Shown one piece after another: positions 29,401 through 38,372 of a stretch of 64,000 nt of DNA. How positions within the stretch are numbered: position 1 is the stretch's first letter; each line of letters opens with the position of its first letter. The stretch covers positions 10,425 to 74,424 of the forward strand of contig JAOAET010000041.1 of assembly GCA_026416665.1 (NCBI GenBank), given 5' to 3'. The notes beneath the pieces are model-generated. The model was not told where the DNA came from and did not search any database. It worked only from the letters and a program-made list of their open reading frames with translations. Position numbers and translations under genes: made by a program. This stretch comes from Candidatus Omnitrophota bacterium (GTDB lineage: Bacteria; Omnitrophota; Gorgyraeia; Gygaellales; Profunditerraquicolaceae).

Positions 29401-30016
29401 TATATCCCAGGAATTAAAAAAGGTTCAGGAAGATACCAAACGAATAGAAAAAGTAAAGATTCCGCAGGAATTAGAGCGTTGTGTAAGTGAATTAAATTCT
29501 CTTAAGAGAGAGCTTGCTAATAAAGATGCTGAGTATCTTAAGAAGATAAAAGAATATGAACAGAAGTATAAAGAAACCAGTAGTACAGATAAGAATAAAC
29601 AAAGTCTTATTAAGGAACTTGCGCAGTTAAAAACCAAGTATGAGGAATTAGAAAGAAGATACCAGATGTCTGAGAAGATTCGTAAAGATTTAGAGGCAAT
29701 TAAAGAGCGTTATGGTAAATTACCCGAAGAGAATGCCAATCTTCACTATAATTTAGGGGTTTTATACGCAGAAAAGAAAGATTACGATAAGGCAATAACA
29801 GAATTTAAAAAGGTTATTGAGCTTAAACCTCGTGATGCAGAGGCGCATTATAATCTTGGAGTAATTATTGGTGAGTATTTAGGTAACCGCAAAGAAGCAC
29901 TACCATATCTTGAAAAATTTCTAGAATTAGCACCGCAGGACCCCGAAGCAGATAAGATTCGCAAATATATTGTTACCTGGAAAACTTTTAGTGAGGGACA
30001 AGATGACCAGCGCTAA
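26489..30016 (+). CDS. Giant exported coiled-coil protein with C-terminal TPR
   Basis: N-terminal hydrophobic segment, about 1000 aa of heptads, and HYNLGVLY...AHYNLGV TPR repeats. Confidence 0.8.
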   Translation: MRKIIFNKKIVEEALLISIIGLVIAGLNEPTFAKERSKSKTETQLREVDILRKELLKAQEALANLKSLYADKEIQVKQLSLKLTKLEEDFRQAQETVIRLRRDKEELSQLQTKLSLQLKSLETEKAILKKQNELLSTCNEENKAKTKELTVLRANCAKQNQDFLNKQQELEATIAAYENKNQQLIQQKAELELKYASCSQALTERKNFEISCLAQKESLLKELQDVRRQRDMLQKDLASAQAQTAEVSNLYERLKQQQQMEEELGQLRRNVAQLQNELKISQEQNKKLSEIASKYNKQADLADQLYQLRKQLSICEAQRIQLEKQQQQPDVQISRLRSEIAQLEKQKLMLEETCNKAKKQHDELGRKLSEMSKKLQLLQNENKMLKESVLASDKQTLLKELELLRRDLEKSQEEKKKIEDSARQNKQETQKAQQQLEVLRNKLTALKTCEENIEKQRQQLADCQERVNQIELLKKELESLRTKNQHLQQQVQQCTATNQQGNTSLNKELEKANKELELLRHTNQQLEKKAQEIFTLRQKESDEKTKEIALLKKEMEDLRNINNKLQQRIQQADEEVKEKKKCAEEINLLKRELKQVNDKNRQLSKKIEGCQAGSQQQLVECNKRVEYLNKELEQLRSVNKKLQQKSEEVLTTPKDSAQENKEYIQLKEKYRQLEQERNRLQEEIKQLQKQQADLVTQYEARLKKEPMLSKSSTDSSETVAILKQELTKAQELSYQLVKEKADCQKRYEELSEQLNKALLVKEAQEKEKQDIERKNKELEEQYKNLSLQLSRLMIQYGELGQQNQQLTNANANCRSEIVSVQNKLQQAEQLVSSLQLEVERMKKENNDLNVKFFNEKLQREQDVALVQAQCNQQIALKEGEYVQLSKKFEDFRNQKQVQVTALENELASVKKELADAQNLSFQMVQEKGSLSGQLKKLTEQLQATENQNTLLIQQKTELEKQNAFLKEQYISISQELKKVQEDTKRIEKVKIPQELERCVSELNSLKRELANKDAEYLKKIKEYEQKYKETSSTDKNKQSLIKELAQLKTKYEELERRYQMSEKIRKDLEAIKERYGKLPEENANLHYNLGVLYAEKKDYDKAITEFKKVIELKPRDAEAHYNLGVIIGEYLGNRKEALPYLEKFLELAPQDPEADKIRKYIVTWKTFSEGQDDQR
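27911..28435 (+). repeat. Five degenerate 38-39-codon protein repeats
   Basis: KELESLRTKNQHL / KELELLRHTNQQL / KEMEDLRNINNKL / RELKQVNDKNRQL / KELEQLRSVNKKL start at 27911, 28028, 28145, 28259 and 28376. Confidence 0.7.
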
Positions 30017-30233
30017 ATATATAACTGCAAAAGAAATTGCTCAGAAATATGCCCTTTCTTATCAAAGTATAAACCGCTATTCTGACGCAGGTCTTTTACC
30101 AGTTGCTTTCAAAAAAGGAAATATTCGTTATTTTGAACGTTCAGTAGTAATTAAACGAATGAAAACTATCTTAGAAATGAGTAAGGATGGGTACTCTTTG
30201 TTGTTGATACGCAAAAAAATTTTGGGTATTTAA
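30003..30233 (+). CDS. Small MerR-like HTH protein (copy 2)
   Basis: ATG 30003 follows GAGGG; ITAKEIAQKYALSYQSINRYSDAGLLP...KKGNIRY...GYSLLLIRKKILGI is paralogous to 22832. Confidence 0.8.
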   Translation: MTSAKYITAKEIAQKYALSYQSINRYSDAGLLPVAFKKGNIRYFERSVVIKRMKTILEMSKDGYSLLLIRKKILGI

Positions 30234-30234
30234 T

Positions 30235-31977
30235 ATGCGTTTTTGTGGAATAGTTTATTTAATTATCTGGGGCATTTTCATTACGGCTAAATGTGGTTTA
30301 GCTCAGCAAAGCGGTTTTCGTGATTTGGATTTTCCTCAGAAACGTATTTCTTTGGACCTAAAGGATATGGATATTATCGAAGCATTAAAATATATTGCCA
30401 CAAAAGCCCAGATGGATATTATCCCCACCAAAGAGGTTTCAGGTAGAGTTTCTCTTACGGTTCAGGATGTCCCTGTTAAAGATGTTTTTGAGATTATCTT
30501 ACGCAGCAACAATCTTGTTTACGAAAAACGGGGTTCTATCTACAATGTAATGACTGAAAATGAATATAAGAATCGTTTTGGGAGAAGTTTTTATGATAAT
30601 AGAATTTTTAAAGTAATTCAGCTACAATACGCCTCTCCTGAACAGGCATTGACTCTTTTAAATTCAATGAAAAGTGATGTTGGCAAGGTGCTTATTGACC
30701 CTGATTCTGGAATTATACTTATTCTTGATACCCCTGAAAGGGTAGCAAATATGGAGGCTACTTTAAGGGCAATGGATCAGAAAAGTATAATAAGAGTTTT
30801 TAATTTAAAGTATGCCCGTGCCAAAGATATGGAAGAAAAGCTTAAAACACAACTTGACCTTAAAAAAGTTGGTTCAGTAAAAGCTGATGAGCGAACAAAT
30901 CAATTGATTGTTCAGACGTTACCACAGAGAATGGAAGAAATAGCCAAGTTAATTGAAAGCCTTGACCAGAAGACACGACAGATTCTTATTGATGCCAAAA
31001 TAATTCAGGTGCAGTTAAATGATGCAACAAGCTCAGCGGTAGAGTGGGAAGGTCTTTTTCAGCTTAGTAAAAAGCACGGCATGACTTATTTAGGGTCATA
31101 CCCTTTTAGTTCAGTTCAGGCATCCACAGACAGTTGGCGTTCACGTAAAGATACACTTACAGAGGTAGGATACGTAGGGTCTTTTCCTTTTTCTGGCACA
31201 ACCTCAAATTACTCTGCAGGCAGGCAAAGTGTGGGGATTCAAGAAATGCATTTAGGAGTTATTGGCAAAAATGATTTTGATGTTATAATAAAGTATCTGC
31301 AGTCATTGGGACAGACCCGTATTCTTTCTAATCCTAAGTTAGCAGTGGTAAACAACCAAGAGGCAAGAATTCATGTTGGCGAGCGACAAGCTTATATTAC
31401 TACTACCACCACTCAGACGCAGACTTCTACTACTGTATCTGAAGCAGTAACGTATGTAGACGTGGGGATTCAGTTAGCAGTAACTCCCACTATCAATGAG
31501 GATGGATTTGTTACTGTAAAGATAAAGCCTGAGATTTCTAGTGTGGTTAGTTATCTTGAGACTTCCAGTAATAACAAAATACCTATAATTGATACTTCTA
31601 CTGCAGAAACTATTGTAATGGTAAAAGACGGAACAAGTATCTTAATAGGAGGTCTTAGTAAACAGGAAAAGGTAAATACCTCTGAAGGTGTACCCTTGTT
31701 GCAGAAGGTTCCTGTTTTAGGAAAGATATTTTCCAATAAGGTTGATAAAACAAAACGCTCGGAACTAATGGTATTGTTGACTCCGCATGTAGTAGAAGGC
31801 GATGAGTTAGTTACTGGTTCTCAGAGTGACTTCGGTTATAAATTAGATAAAGAATATCAAAAATACCCTGAGTTCTTAGATGAACCAGTAGAATTGGAAC
31901 CGAAACCTTATCAAACGTATCCACCACTTAGAGGTGAGCAAAGTTTACCAACTTTAAAACCTGAGCGTAGTTTTTAG
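30235..31977 (+). CDS. Secretin (GspD/PilQ family), copy 2
   Basis: Same architecture as 24639: ISLDLKDMDI, ADERTNQLIV, LSNPKLAVVNNQEARIHVG, PLLQKVPVLGKIF, ELMVLLTPHVV. Confidence 0.93.
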   Translation: MRFCGIVYLIIWGIFITAKCGLAQQSGFRDLDFPQKRISLDLKDMDIIEALKYIATKAQMDIIPTKEVSGRVSLTVQDVPVKDVFEIILRSNNLVYEKRGSIYNVMTENEYKNRFGRSFYDNRIFKVIQLQYASPEQALTLLNSMKSDVGKVLIDPDSGIILILDTPERVANMEATLRAMDQKSIIRVFNLKYARAKDMEEKLKTQLDLKKVGSVKADERTNQLIVQTLPQRMEEIAKLIESLDQKTRQILIDAKIIQVQLNDATSSAVEWEGLFQLSKKHGMTYLGSYPFSSVQASTDSWRSRKDTLTEVGYVGSFPFSGTTSNYSAGRQSVGIQEMHLGVIGKNDFDVIIKYLQSLGQTRILSNPKLAVVNNQEARIHVGERQAYITTTTTQTQTSTTVSEAVTYVDVGIQLAVTPTINEDGFVTVKIKPEISSVVSYLETSSNNKIPIIDTSTAETIVMVKDGTSILIGGLSKQEKVNTSEGVPLLQKVPVLGKIFSNKVDKTKRSELMVLLTPHVVEGDELVTGSQSDFGYKLDKEYQKYPEFLDEPVELEPKPYQTYPPLRGEQSLPTLKPERSF

Positions 31978-31985
31978 GAGAGAAA

Positions 31986-32930
31986 ATGATAAGATTATTT
32001 AAAATAAGTTTAATAGCTGTTATACTCAGTCATATAATAGATATCTCTTCTGTCTTTGCGCAAGCAACATTACAAGAAGAGTTCAATAAGTTAAAGAAGC
32101 AGTATGAATTGGTGGTCGCCGACAGAGATAATATTTTAGCCCAGACAAAGGGATTACTTGAATATAAAAATCGTTATAAGGAATTAGAAACAGAGTATGA
32201 CAAACTAAAAAAAGAAAATGACCAACTGAAAATAGACCTTCAATTAGCTAAAGAACAAATTACTAATCTCCAGCAGCTGCAAGGTGAATGGGAGATAACT
32301 AAAGGTCAGCTTGAACGAGAAAATAAAGAGTTAAAGGCATCTTTAGAAAAGGTTACTGTGGAATACAAGATGCTTCCGGAATTACGTAAGGAGTTAAATT
32401 CAATTAAAAATGAAAACACAGCACTTAGACGTTCTATGCAGTCACTTGAAGCAAAGGTAAAACAGCTAAATCAACAAAAACTTAATGACGATGCACAGCT
32501 TGAGATATACCGTATCCAAATAAAAGATTTAAAGAAACGTTATGAACAGGCACTGGCAAAAAATAGAGAATTAGAAAAACGAGCACAAAACCTACCTAAA
32601 CGTTTTGCAGAGTTGGCTCGTGAGAACAAAATGCTTATTAAAGAGACAGCACTAATGCATTATAATTTAGGTGTCTTTTATACAAAGAATAAGGAATTTT
32701 CACGGGCAATAGCGGAGTTTGAAAAAGCAGCAGAGCTTAATCCTGAAGACCCAGCAGTTTATTATAATCTTGGTTATATCTATGCAGAATACCTAGTAAA
32801 TAGGCCTAAGGCAATTGAATACTTTAAAAAGTATCTAGGTGTAGCCAAACCAGGGGATAAGGATATGGACTGGGTTAAGAAATATATTGTAACATGGGAA
32901 ACGTGGGAGGGTAAAAAACCAATGAAATAA
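31986..32930 (+). CDS. Exported coiled-coil protein with C-terminal TPR
   Basis: Signal peptide (VFA), heptads, HYNLGVFY...YYNLGYIY; C-terminal KYIVTW is shared with the 1175-aa protein. Confidence 0.82.
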   Translation: MIRLFKISLIAVILSHIIDISSVFAQATLQEEFNKLKKQYELVVADRDNILAQTKGLLEYKNRYKELETEYDKLKKENDQLKIDLQLAKEQITNLQQLQGEWEITKGQLERENKELKASLEKVTVEYKMLPELRKELNSIKNENTALRRSMQSLEAKVKQLNQQKLNDDAQLEIYRIQIKDLKKRYEQALAKNRELEKRAQNLPKRFAELARENKMLIKETALMHYNLGVFYTKNKEFSRAIAEFEKAAELNPEDPAVYYNLGYIYAEYLVNRPKAIEYFKKYLGVAKPGDKDMDWVKKYIVTWETWEGKKPMK

Positions 32931-32945
32931 GAAGGAGGGGCGAGA

Positions 32946-33530
32946 ATGAAGAGAGCGATAGTTTTTACCGCAGTTTTTAGTCTTCTACTGTTAGTTGTAA
33001 ATGAGGTACTTGCTTGGTCTATATTTGGAAAGAAGAAAGAAACTTCACCAACAACCACACAACAAGATACTGCCAAATCCACACCAACTCCTGCAGTCGC
33101 TTCACCTCAGAAGACACCTGAGGAGTTGAAACGCGAAGAGGCACTTAAAGTACGTAAAGCACAGGCACAACGTAAATTAGCGGAGCTTAATAATACTGAA
33201 TGGCAGATTGAGTTAACTCCTCTTTATAGTAAAGGAAAGAAAGAAACAGATACAGTAGTTTTCAAAGAAAATAAAGTTTCTTTGGTTAACTTTAGTAAGA
33301 AAGGATTTGGTCCTACTAATTTTACTTTAACCGTTCAAGAAGATGGAATGGTAGTTTGGGAGACAATGCAGACCTCTGAAAAAGGGCAATTAGTATTTTG
33401 GCGAGGTGAGATGGATACAGATTTAAAGCAAATGCGGGGAGTAGCCAGCTATCAAATAGACCAGAACAACAAACAGGATTATTCTTTCATAAGTATATCA
33501 AAGAAGAATCTACCTATTACGGATAAGTAA
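32946..33530 (+). CDS. Hypothetical exported protein
   Basis: SD GGAGG, signal peptide (VLA), T/P-rich linker and a beta-rich C-terminal domain. Confidence 0.65.
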   Translation: MKRAIVFTAVFSLLLLVVNEVLAWSIFGKKKETSPTTTQQDTAKSTPTPAVASPQKTPEELKREEALKVRKAQAQRKLAELNNTEWQIELTPLYSKGKKETDTVVFKENKVSLVNFSKKGFGPTNFTLTVQEDGMVVWETMQTSEKGQLVFWRGEMDTDLKQMRGVASYQIDQNNKQDYSFISISKKNLPITDK

Positions 33531-33531
33531 T

Positions 33532-34440
33532 ATGTATGAGGCCTACTGGGGGCTAACAGAAAAACCATTTGAAAATACCCCTGACCCACGTTTTTTCTAC
33601 TACTCACAACAACATAAAGAGGCAATTGCCCGCATGCTCTATGTGGTGCGTGAGCATAAAGGGGCAGCTCTTTTTACAGGAGAATATGGTTGCGGGAAAA
33701 CACTTCTTTCACGTATCTTATGGCAGGAATTACAACAGGAGAATCGCTACCAACCTGTATTTATCTTAAATCCCCGCCTGTCGGGTGTAGAGTTTATTCA
33801 AGAAATTGTCCATCAGTTAGGAGGTGCTTTTGAATCTCAGGCAAAGATTGATTTATTTCATTGTCTACATAAGATACTCTACGCCAACCATAACGCAAAT
33901 AAACACAGTGTTATTATTATTGATGAGGCACAGGCAATTAAAGATAAAGATACTTTCGAAGAGATAAGATTGCTTTTAAATTTCCAGTTGGATAATGCCT
34001 TTCTTTTAACCATTATCCTGTTGGGACAACCAGAGTTAAAATTTACTGTAATGAGTCTTCCACAATTTATGCAAAGAATGGCGGTTCGTTTTCATTTGAA
34101 GGCCTTTAATGAAATAGAGACCAGACAATATATTGAACATCGCTTAGCAGTCTGTGGAGTGAAACGACAACTGTTTGCGGACGAGGCATATAAAGAGATA
34201 TATGTTGTTACCGGTGGCATACCCCGTCGTATTAATACCATATGTGATTTGGCTTTGTTAGTTGGTTTTGGTTTAGGTTTGACTATTATAGACCACCAAA
34301 CCATCATAAAAATTAATCAGGACTTAGAATCACCTGATTTTAACGGTTCACTTCAACAACCTCTACAGACCGCTAGTGATAATTCTACAAATAACGGAGC
34401 AAGTCAGATTGATTCCTTAAAAGTCAAACCACAGACATAG
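33532..34440 (+). CDS. ExeA/GspA-family AAA ATPase
   Basis: MYEAYWGLTEKPFENTPDPRFFY, Walker A GEYGCGKT, Walker B IIIDEAQ, LLGQPEL, YIEHRL, TGGIPRRINTICD. Confidence 0.92.
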   Translation: MYEAYWGLTEKPFENTPDPRFFYYSQQHKEAIARMLYVVREHKGAALFTGEYGCGKTLLSRILWQELQQENRYQPVFILNPRLSGVEFIQEIVHQLGGAFESQAKIDLFHCLHKILYANHNANKHSVIIIDEAQAIKDKDTFEEIRLLLNFQLDNAFLLTIILLGQPELKFTVMSLPQFMQRMAVRFHLKAFNEIETRQYIEHRLAVCGVKRQLFADEAYKEIYVVTGGIPRRINTICDLALLVGFGLGLTIIDHQTIIKINQDLESPDFNGSLQQPLQTASDNSTNNGASQIDSLKVKPQT

Positions 34441-34463
34441 AATAATAGCAATAATTAATAAAG

Positions 34464-35564
34464 ATGTTAAGTATTCTAAATGTATTGAAAAAATATTATG
34501 AAGAGAAGAAGAAGACAGCTGAAGGTGTATCTTCTAATTCTGAAAAAGAGCGTTCAGATGTAACTTCAATAGTACAGAATTTAGAACTTCCTTCCTTGGC
34601 AGACTGCGGTGCTACAAGAGAATCAATAAGTATTTTTACTGTGGTAAACAGACAGTCAGAGGAAGAGAAGGCTCAGAAAGCAAGAGAATTTTATTTTAAT
34701 CTTGTAAATTGGCTAAGAAAGATTTATACAACAGAATTCCAAGCGAATGCACAATTTAAAGAAGAGTGTTTTAGTTTTATTGATGAGCAGTTAACGTATC
34801 TTAACACTGCCGTTGAGGAATTGATTCATCAAGCAAATAGTGACTATCCTGTTGATGAGACCTGGCTTGCTTCTCATGCAGCAGCAGTAAGTGTGATTGC
34901 TTTAGAGATAGCCAAGGGGTTAGAATATAATAGGCAGAAGCTTATGGAACTGGCAGCTTGTGTATTCTTTCATGATATTGGAATGCTTAAGATTTTGGAC
35001 ATTGTCCAGAAACAATCACAATTAAGCAAAGAAGAGTTGGCGCAGATAAGACAACATCCTATTATGGGGACAAGTCTTTTAGGGACGATGAATCTTGGAC
35101 TATTTAGTTGTATAGGTGAGGTTATATTACAAGAGCATGAGCGGATAGATGGTAGTGGGTATCCTCAAGGTTTAAAGCAAGATACAATTAATGAATATGC
35201 AAAGATATTGGGCCTTGCGGATATTTACGAAGCACTTACTCATAATCGCCCTTATCGTAGAAGAATTACACCACCTAAGGCAATAAACTTGATTCTAAAT
35301 AACAAACATCTGTTTGATGCGAAAGTTTTGAAAAAACTTTTAGAACGCATAGGGGTCTTTCCAGCAGGGAGTCTGGTGCGTCTAAATACAAAAGAAATTG
35401 GGGTGGTCACGAAGATTAACCATCAGCTTCCACTTAGGCCCACAGTGTTAGTTTTATTTGAAGAGAAAGGAACAAGACTTTCGGCACCAAAAGAACTTGA
35501 CCTCTCAAAAAATTTTTTACTTTGTATTGAGGAGTGTATTGAGGAAAATGTAACAGTATCTTAA
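34464..35564 (+). CDS. HD-GYP domain phosphodiesterase-like protein
   Basis: FFHDIG, HERIDGSGYPQG, ADIYEALTHNRPYR, GVFPAGSLVRLN. Confidence 0.9.
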   Translation: MLSILNVLKKYYEEKKKTAEGVSSNSEKERSDVTSIVQNLELPSLADCGATRESISIFTVVNRQSEEEKAQKAREFYFNLVNWLRKIYTTEFQANAQFKEECFSFIDEQLTYLNTAVEELIHQANSDYPVDETWLASHAAAVSVIALEIAKGLEYNRQKLMELAACVFFHDIGMLKILDIVQKQSQLSKEELAQIRQHPIMGTSLLGTMNLGLFSCIGEVILQEHERIDGSGYPQGLKQDTINEYAKILGLADIYEALTHNRPYRRRITPPKAINLILNNKHLFDAKVLKKLLERIGVFPAGSLVRLNTKEIGVVTKINHQLPLRPTVLVLFEEKGTRLSAPKELDLSKNFLLCIEECIEENVTVS

Positions 35565-35573
35565 AATAAATCT

Positions 35574-37346
35574 ATGTGGCAGAGCAAGGGCTTATTTACA
35601 ATTGGCATTGTGGGATTTGGATTAGTTGCGCTAACCACTTTTGTTGCTACAGAATTATCACGGCAAAAGGAAATTCAAATTCAGCTTAACCAGCTTCTTT
35701 CAGATGCCTATAAAGAAAAAGAGTCACTTTCTGGAACAATAGAACAGCTAAAAGAAGACCTTAACCAGAAGCAACAACTACTATCTAAACTCTCGGATGT
35801 GCAGGCGATCCATCAGGCATTGATTACTGCACAACAAAATGTAGAGATGTTAACCGCAGAAGTAAATAGACTTAATAAGGAACGTTCTAACTTACAGGCA
35901 GAAAATGTTAGTTTAAATACACGCTTTCAAAATACTACTAAAGAATATATGAAAGTGTTAGCAGAACTGAAAGCCGTAAAAGAAGAATTGAATCGTGTTA
36001 ATCAGCAGGCTGCCCCTGAACGTAAAAAGCTTGAACAGGTAAATAAGCTTTTAGAAGAAAAAACACAAGAATTCCTGAAACAGCAAAAGGAGTTGGAGGC
36101 AATAAAAGCACAACTAAAGAATGTAAACGACAATAATAAAAATCTTCAAAATAAAGTGGTAAGCCTTGAGCAAGAAAGACAAAAACTTCTTTCACAGGTT
36201 AAATCTTTAGAAACACAATTAAATAGTCGTGTTCCGTCTTCGCGAAATTGGGAGCAGACAATATCCGAGTTAAAAAGAACCTTAGCTGAGCGTGATAAGG
36301 AAATTACACAGCTTCAAGAACGCCTACAGCAGGTGCAGGAACAATCCACAAAGGCTATCCAAACGAGTTCCTTAACAGATAGACAAAAACAGATGCCACA
36401 ATTAAAGGATGAGAGACTTCAACGCCAAATAGATGAACTTCACAAGATAAATACACAGCTTAAAGAAGAAGTCACACGTCTCTCAGATGAATTGGCCCAG
36501 GAGCGTCAAAAGGTTAATCGGTTGGCACGTAGTTCACAGATAGTTTCGCCCGATATTAAGAAAATAGAAACTATGCAGGAAGAAATGAAGCGTCTGTCTG
36601 ATATTCTTATGCGAAAAGAGTTTGAGATAGATGAAGCTAAAAAAGAAACCTTAAGCTATAAAGAGAAACTTATTGAGATGCAAGAAAAGTTAAATCGTTT
36701 AGAGGCTTATGCAAACTCCACACGAGTAGCCAAAGATCAGTTGTTGGAATTACAGAATCAGAAGGCTCTATTAGAGTCGCGTCTTGCTGAAGCACAGGCA
36801 CAGCTTGCTAAGAAAAATGAGCTAATTGAGTCTTTACAAAAGAACATTGACTTCTTGAATCAAGATATAGCAAAAAAAGATGAACAAATACGTAAGATAG
36901 AAAATGAACTTTCTTTCTTAAGCAGAAAATCTAAGGAGGAATTGGAACAGGAAAAAGCACGGTCTACTGAAATTAATTTATTGTATTCCAGTCTTAAAGC
37001 ACAGCTTGCCCAGTATGCTGACGCCCTAAAACTTAAAGATGCACAGAGTGAACAAGACCGCAAACAGATTGCCAAACTACAGGAAGAGATTTTACAAGTT
37101 CGGCAAAAGGCTGAGAGATTAGAAACGGAGTTAGCTGAAGCGCGTGAACGACAACGGAAAGCTATGGATGATTTGTCTGCAGCAGTTCGGCTCAATGCAG
37201 TTTTACAGGAAAGACTTTTTGGTACATCCGAAAAATCTAACATCTCTTATAACCTTACAGATACCTTAGAATCAGAAAGCCAACGGCTCAAGGCAGAGGA
37301 GATGCGTAAGAAAATAGAAGTTATTCTTGAGCCAAAGAAGAATTAA
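35574..37346 (+). CDS. Membrane-anchored long coiled-coil protein
   Basis: N-terminal TM followed by about 550 aa of heptad repeats. Confidence 0.72.
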   Translation: MWQSKGLFTIGIVGFGLVALTTFVATELSRQKEIQIQLNQLLSDAYKEKESLSGTIEQLKEDLNQKQQLLSKLSDVQAIHQALITAQQNVEMLTAEVNRLNKERSNLQAENVSLNTRFQNTTKEYMKVLAELKAVKEELNRVNQQAAPERKKLEQVNKLLEEKTQEFLKQQKELEAIKAQLKNVNDNNKNLQNKVVSLEQERQKLLSQVKSLETQLNSRVPSSRNWEQTISELKRTLAERDKEITQLQERLQQVQEQSTKAIQTSSLTDRQKQMPQLKDERLQRQIDELHKINTQLKEEVTRLSDELAQERQKVNRLARSSQIVSPDIKKIETMQEEMKRLSDILMRKEFEIDEAKKETLSYKEKLIEMQEKLNRLEAYANSTRVAKDQLLELQNQKALLESRLAEAQAQLAKKNELIESLQKNIDFLNQDIAKKDEQIRKIENELSFLSRKSKEELEQEKARSTEINLLYSSLKAQLAQYADALKLKDAQSEQDRKQIAKLQEEILQVRQKAERLETELAEARERQRKAMDDLSAAVRLNAVLQERLFGTSEKSNISYNLTDTLESESQRLKAEEMRKKIEVILEPKKN

Positions 37347-37349
37347 AGA

Positions 37350-38225
37350 ATGAGAATTATTTTGCGTATTTTTATAGTTGTTATCAACGTTTTTTGGTTT
37401 TCTTTACTTTTAGCTGGTGATGACGATATTGAAAAAGCCCGACAATATTATGAATTAGGGAACATTCTCTATCAAGAAGGCAAATATGACCAGGCACAAC
37501 AACAGTATCAGAAGGCATTGGAGTTGTTACAGAAAAAGCAATCTTCTTCTTTGACTTCAACACCTTCTTCAATACCTTTACCATCTCCAACTCAGCAGAG
37601 CCAGTTACCAGAAGTTCCTAAAAGAAAAGAGGAGCCACGCCTTATAACCGAGTACAGAATAGGTGATGAGGATATCCTGAAAATTTCTGTTTGGCAGAAT
37701 GATGACTTAAACCAAGAAGTTATTGTTCGTCCTGATGGTAAGATTTCTTTTCCACTTATTGGTGATGTCCCTGCACGCGGTTTAACTATTCCTGAGTTAG
37801 ATGAAGAGATTACCCACCGACTTTCAGAATATGTACGTTCACCAGAAGTTTCTATTTCACTGGTTAAGATGGGTGGGTCTCGGGTTATTATTTTAGGGCA
37901 GGTACACAGACCTGGTGTTTATAATGTATCAGGGGCAAAGACAATTTTAGAAGCAATTGGTTTAGCCGGTGGTTTTACTAATGATGCGGTACCTTCCAGT
38001 ACCATTCTTATTAGAGGTGGGTTTATTGACCCTAAACCACAACGGATTAATTTAAGTAAAGCCCTCAAAGGAAAAAACGCCGAGGCGTTTAGAATTTCGT
38101 TACAACCTGAAGATATAATCTATGTTCCAAAGAAGTTTATCGCCGATATTAATTACGTCCTTTCCCTTATTGTCGACCCTATTGCCAAAGGTACTTATAT
38201 TAAAGATACCTATGAAAAATGGTAA
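37350..38225 (+). CDS. wza: Polysaccharide export (Wza/OPX-like) protein with N-terminal TPR
   Basis: YRIGDEDILKISVW, VRPDGKISFPLIGDV (Poly_export), GQVHRPG...LEAIGLAGGF (SLBB); one N-terminal TPR. Confidence 0.85.
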   Translation: MRIILRIFIVVINVFWFSLLLAGDDDIEKARQYYELGNILYQEGKYDQAQQQYQKALELLQKKQSSSLTSTPSSIPLPSPTQQSQLPEVPKRKEEPRLITEYRIGDEDILKISVWQNDDLNQEVIVRPDGKISFPLIGDVPARGLTIPELDEEITHRLSEYVRSPEVSISLVKMGGSRVIILGQVHRPGVYNVSGAKTILEAIGLAGGFTNDAVPSSTILIRGGFIDPKPQRINLSKALKGKNAEAFRISLQPEDIIYVPKKFIADINYVLSLIVDPIAKGTYIKDTYEKW

Positions 38226-38356
38226 AGTGGTAATGGGGCCAGAATTATTTCTGTCTTAAGTTTAATTTCTTTTTAAAACCAACATCTAATTCCAGAGACA
38301 GTAACATTTAAGATTAAATTTTTGATTACATATATATCTTTTTTTAATAAAAACTA

Positions 38357-38365
38357 TGGTAAAAT
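38357..38365 (+). promoter_or_regulatory. Extended -10 promoter (TG-G-TAAAAT) of the RiPP operon, probable leaderless
   Basis: Ends 7 nt before ATG 38373; no SD. Confidence 0.5.
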
Positions 38366-38372
38366 AAATTAT

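Noticed and set aside
22832-34440. Canonical complete T2SS or type IV pilus operon
   Set aside because: No prepilin-motif proteins, assembly ATPase (GspE/PilB) or platform protein are in the window.
26489-37346. SMC/chromosome segregation proteins for the long coiled coils
   Set aside because: They have no Walker motifs or hinge, and they carry N-terminal export or membrane segments.
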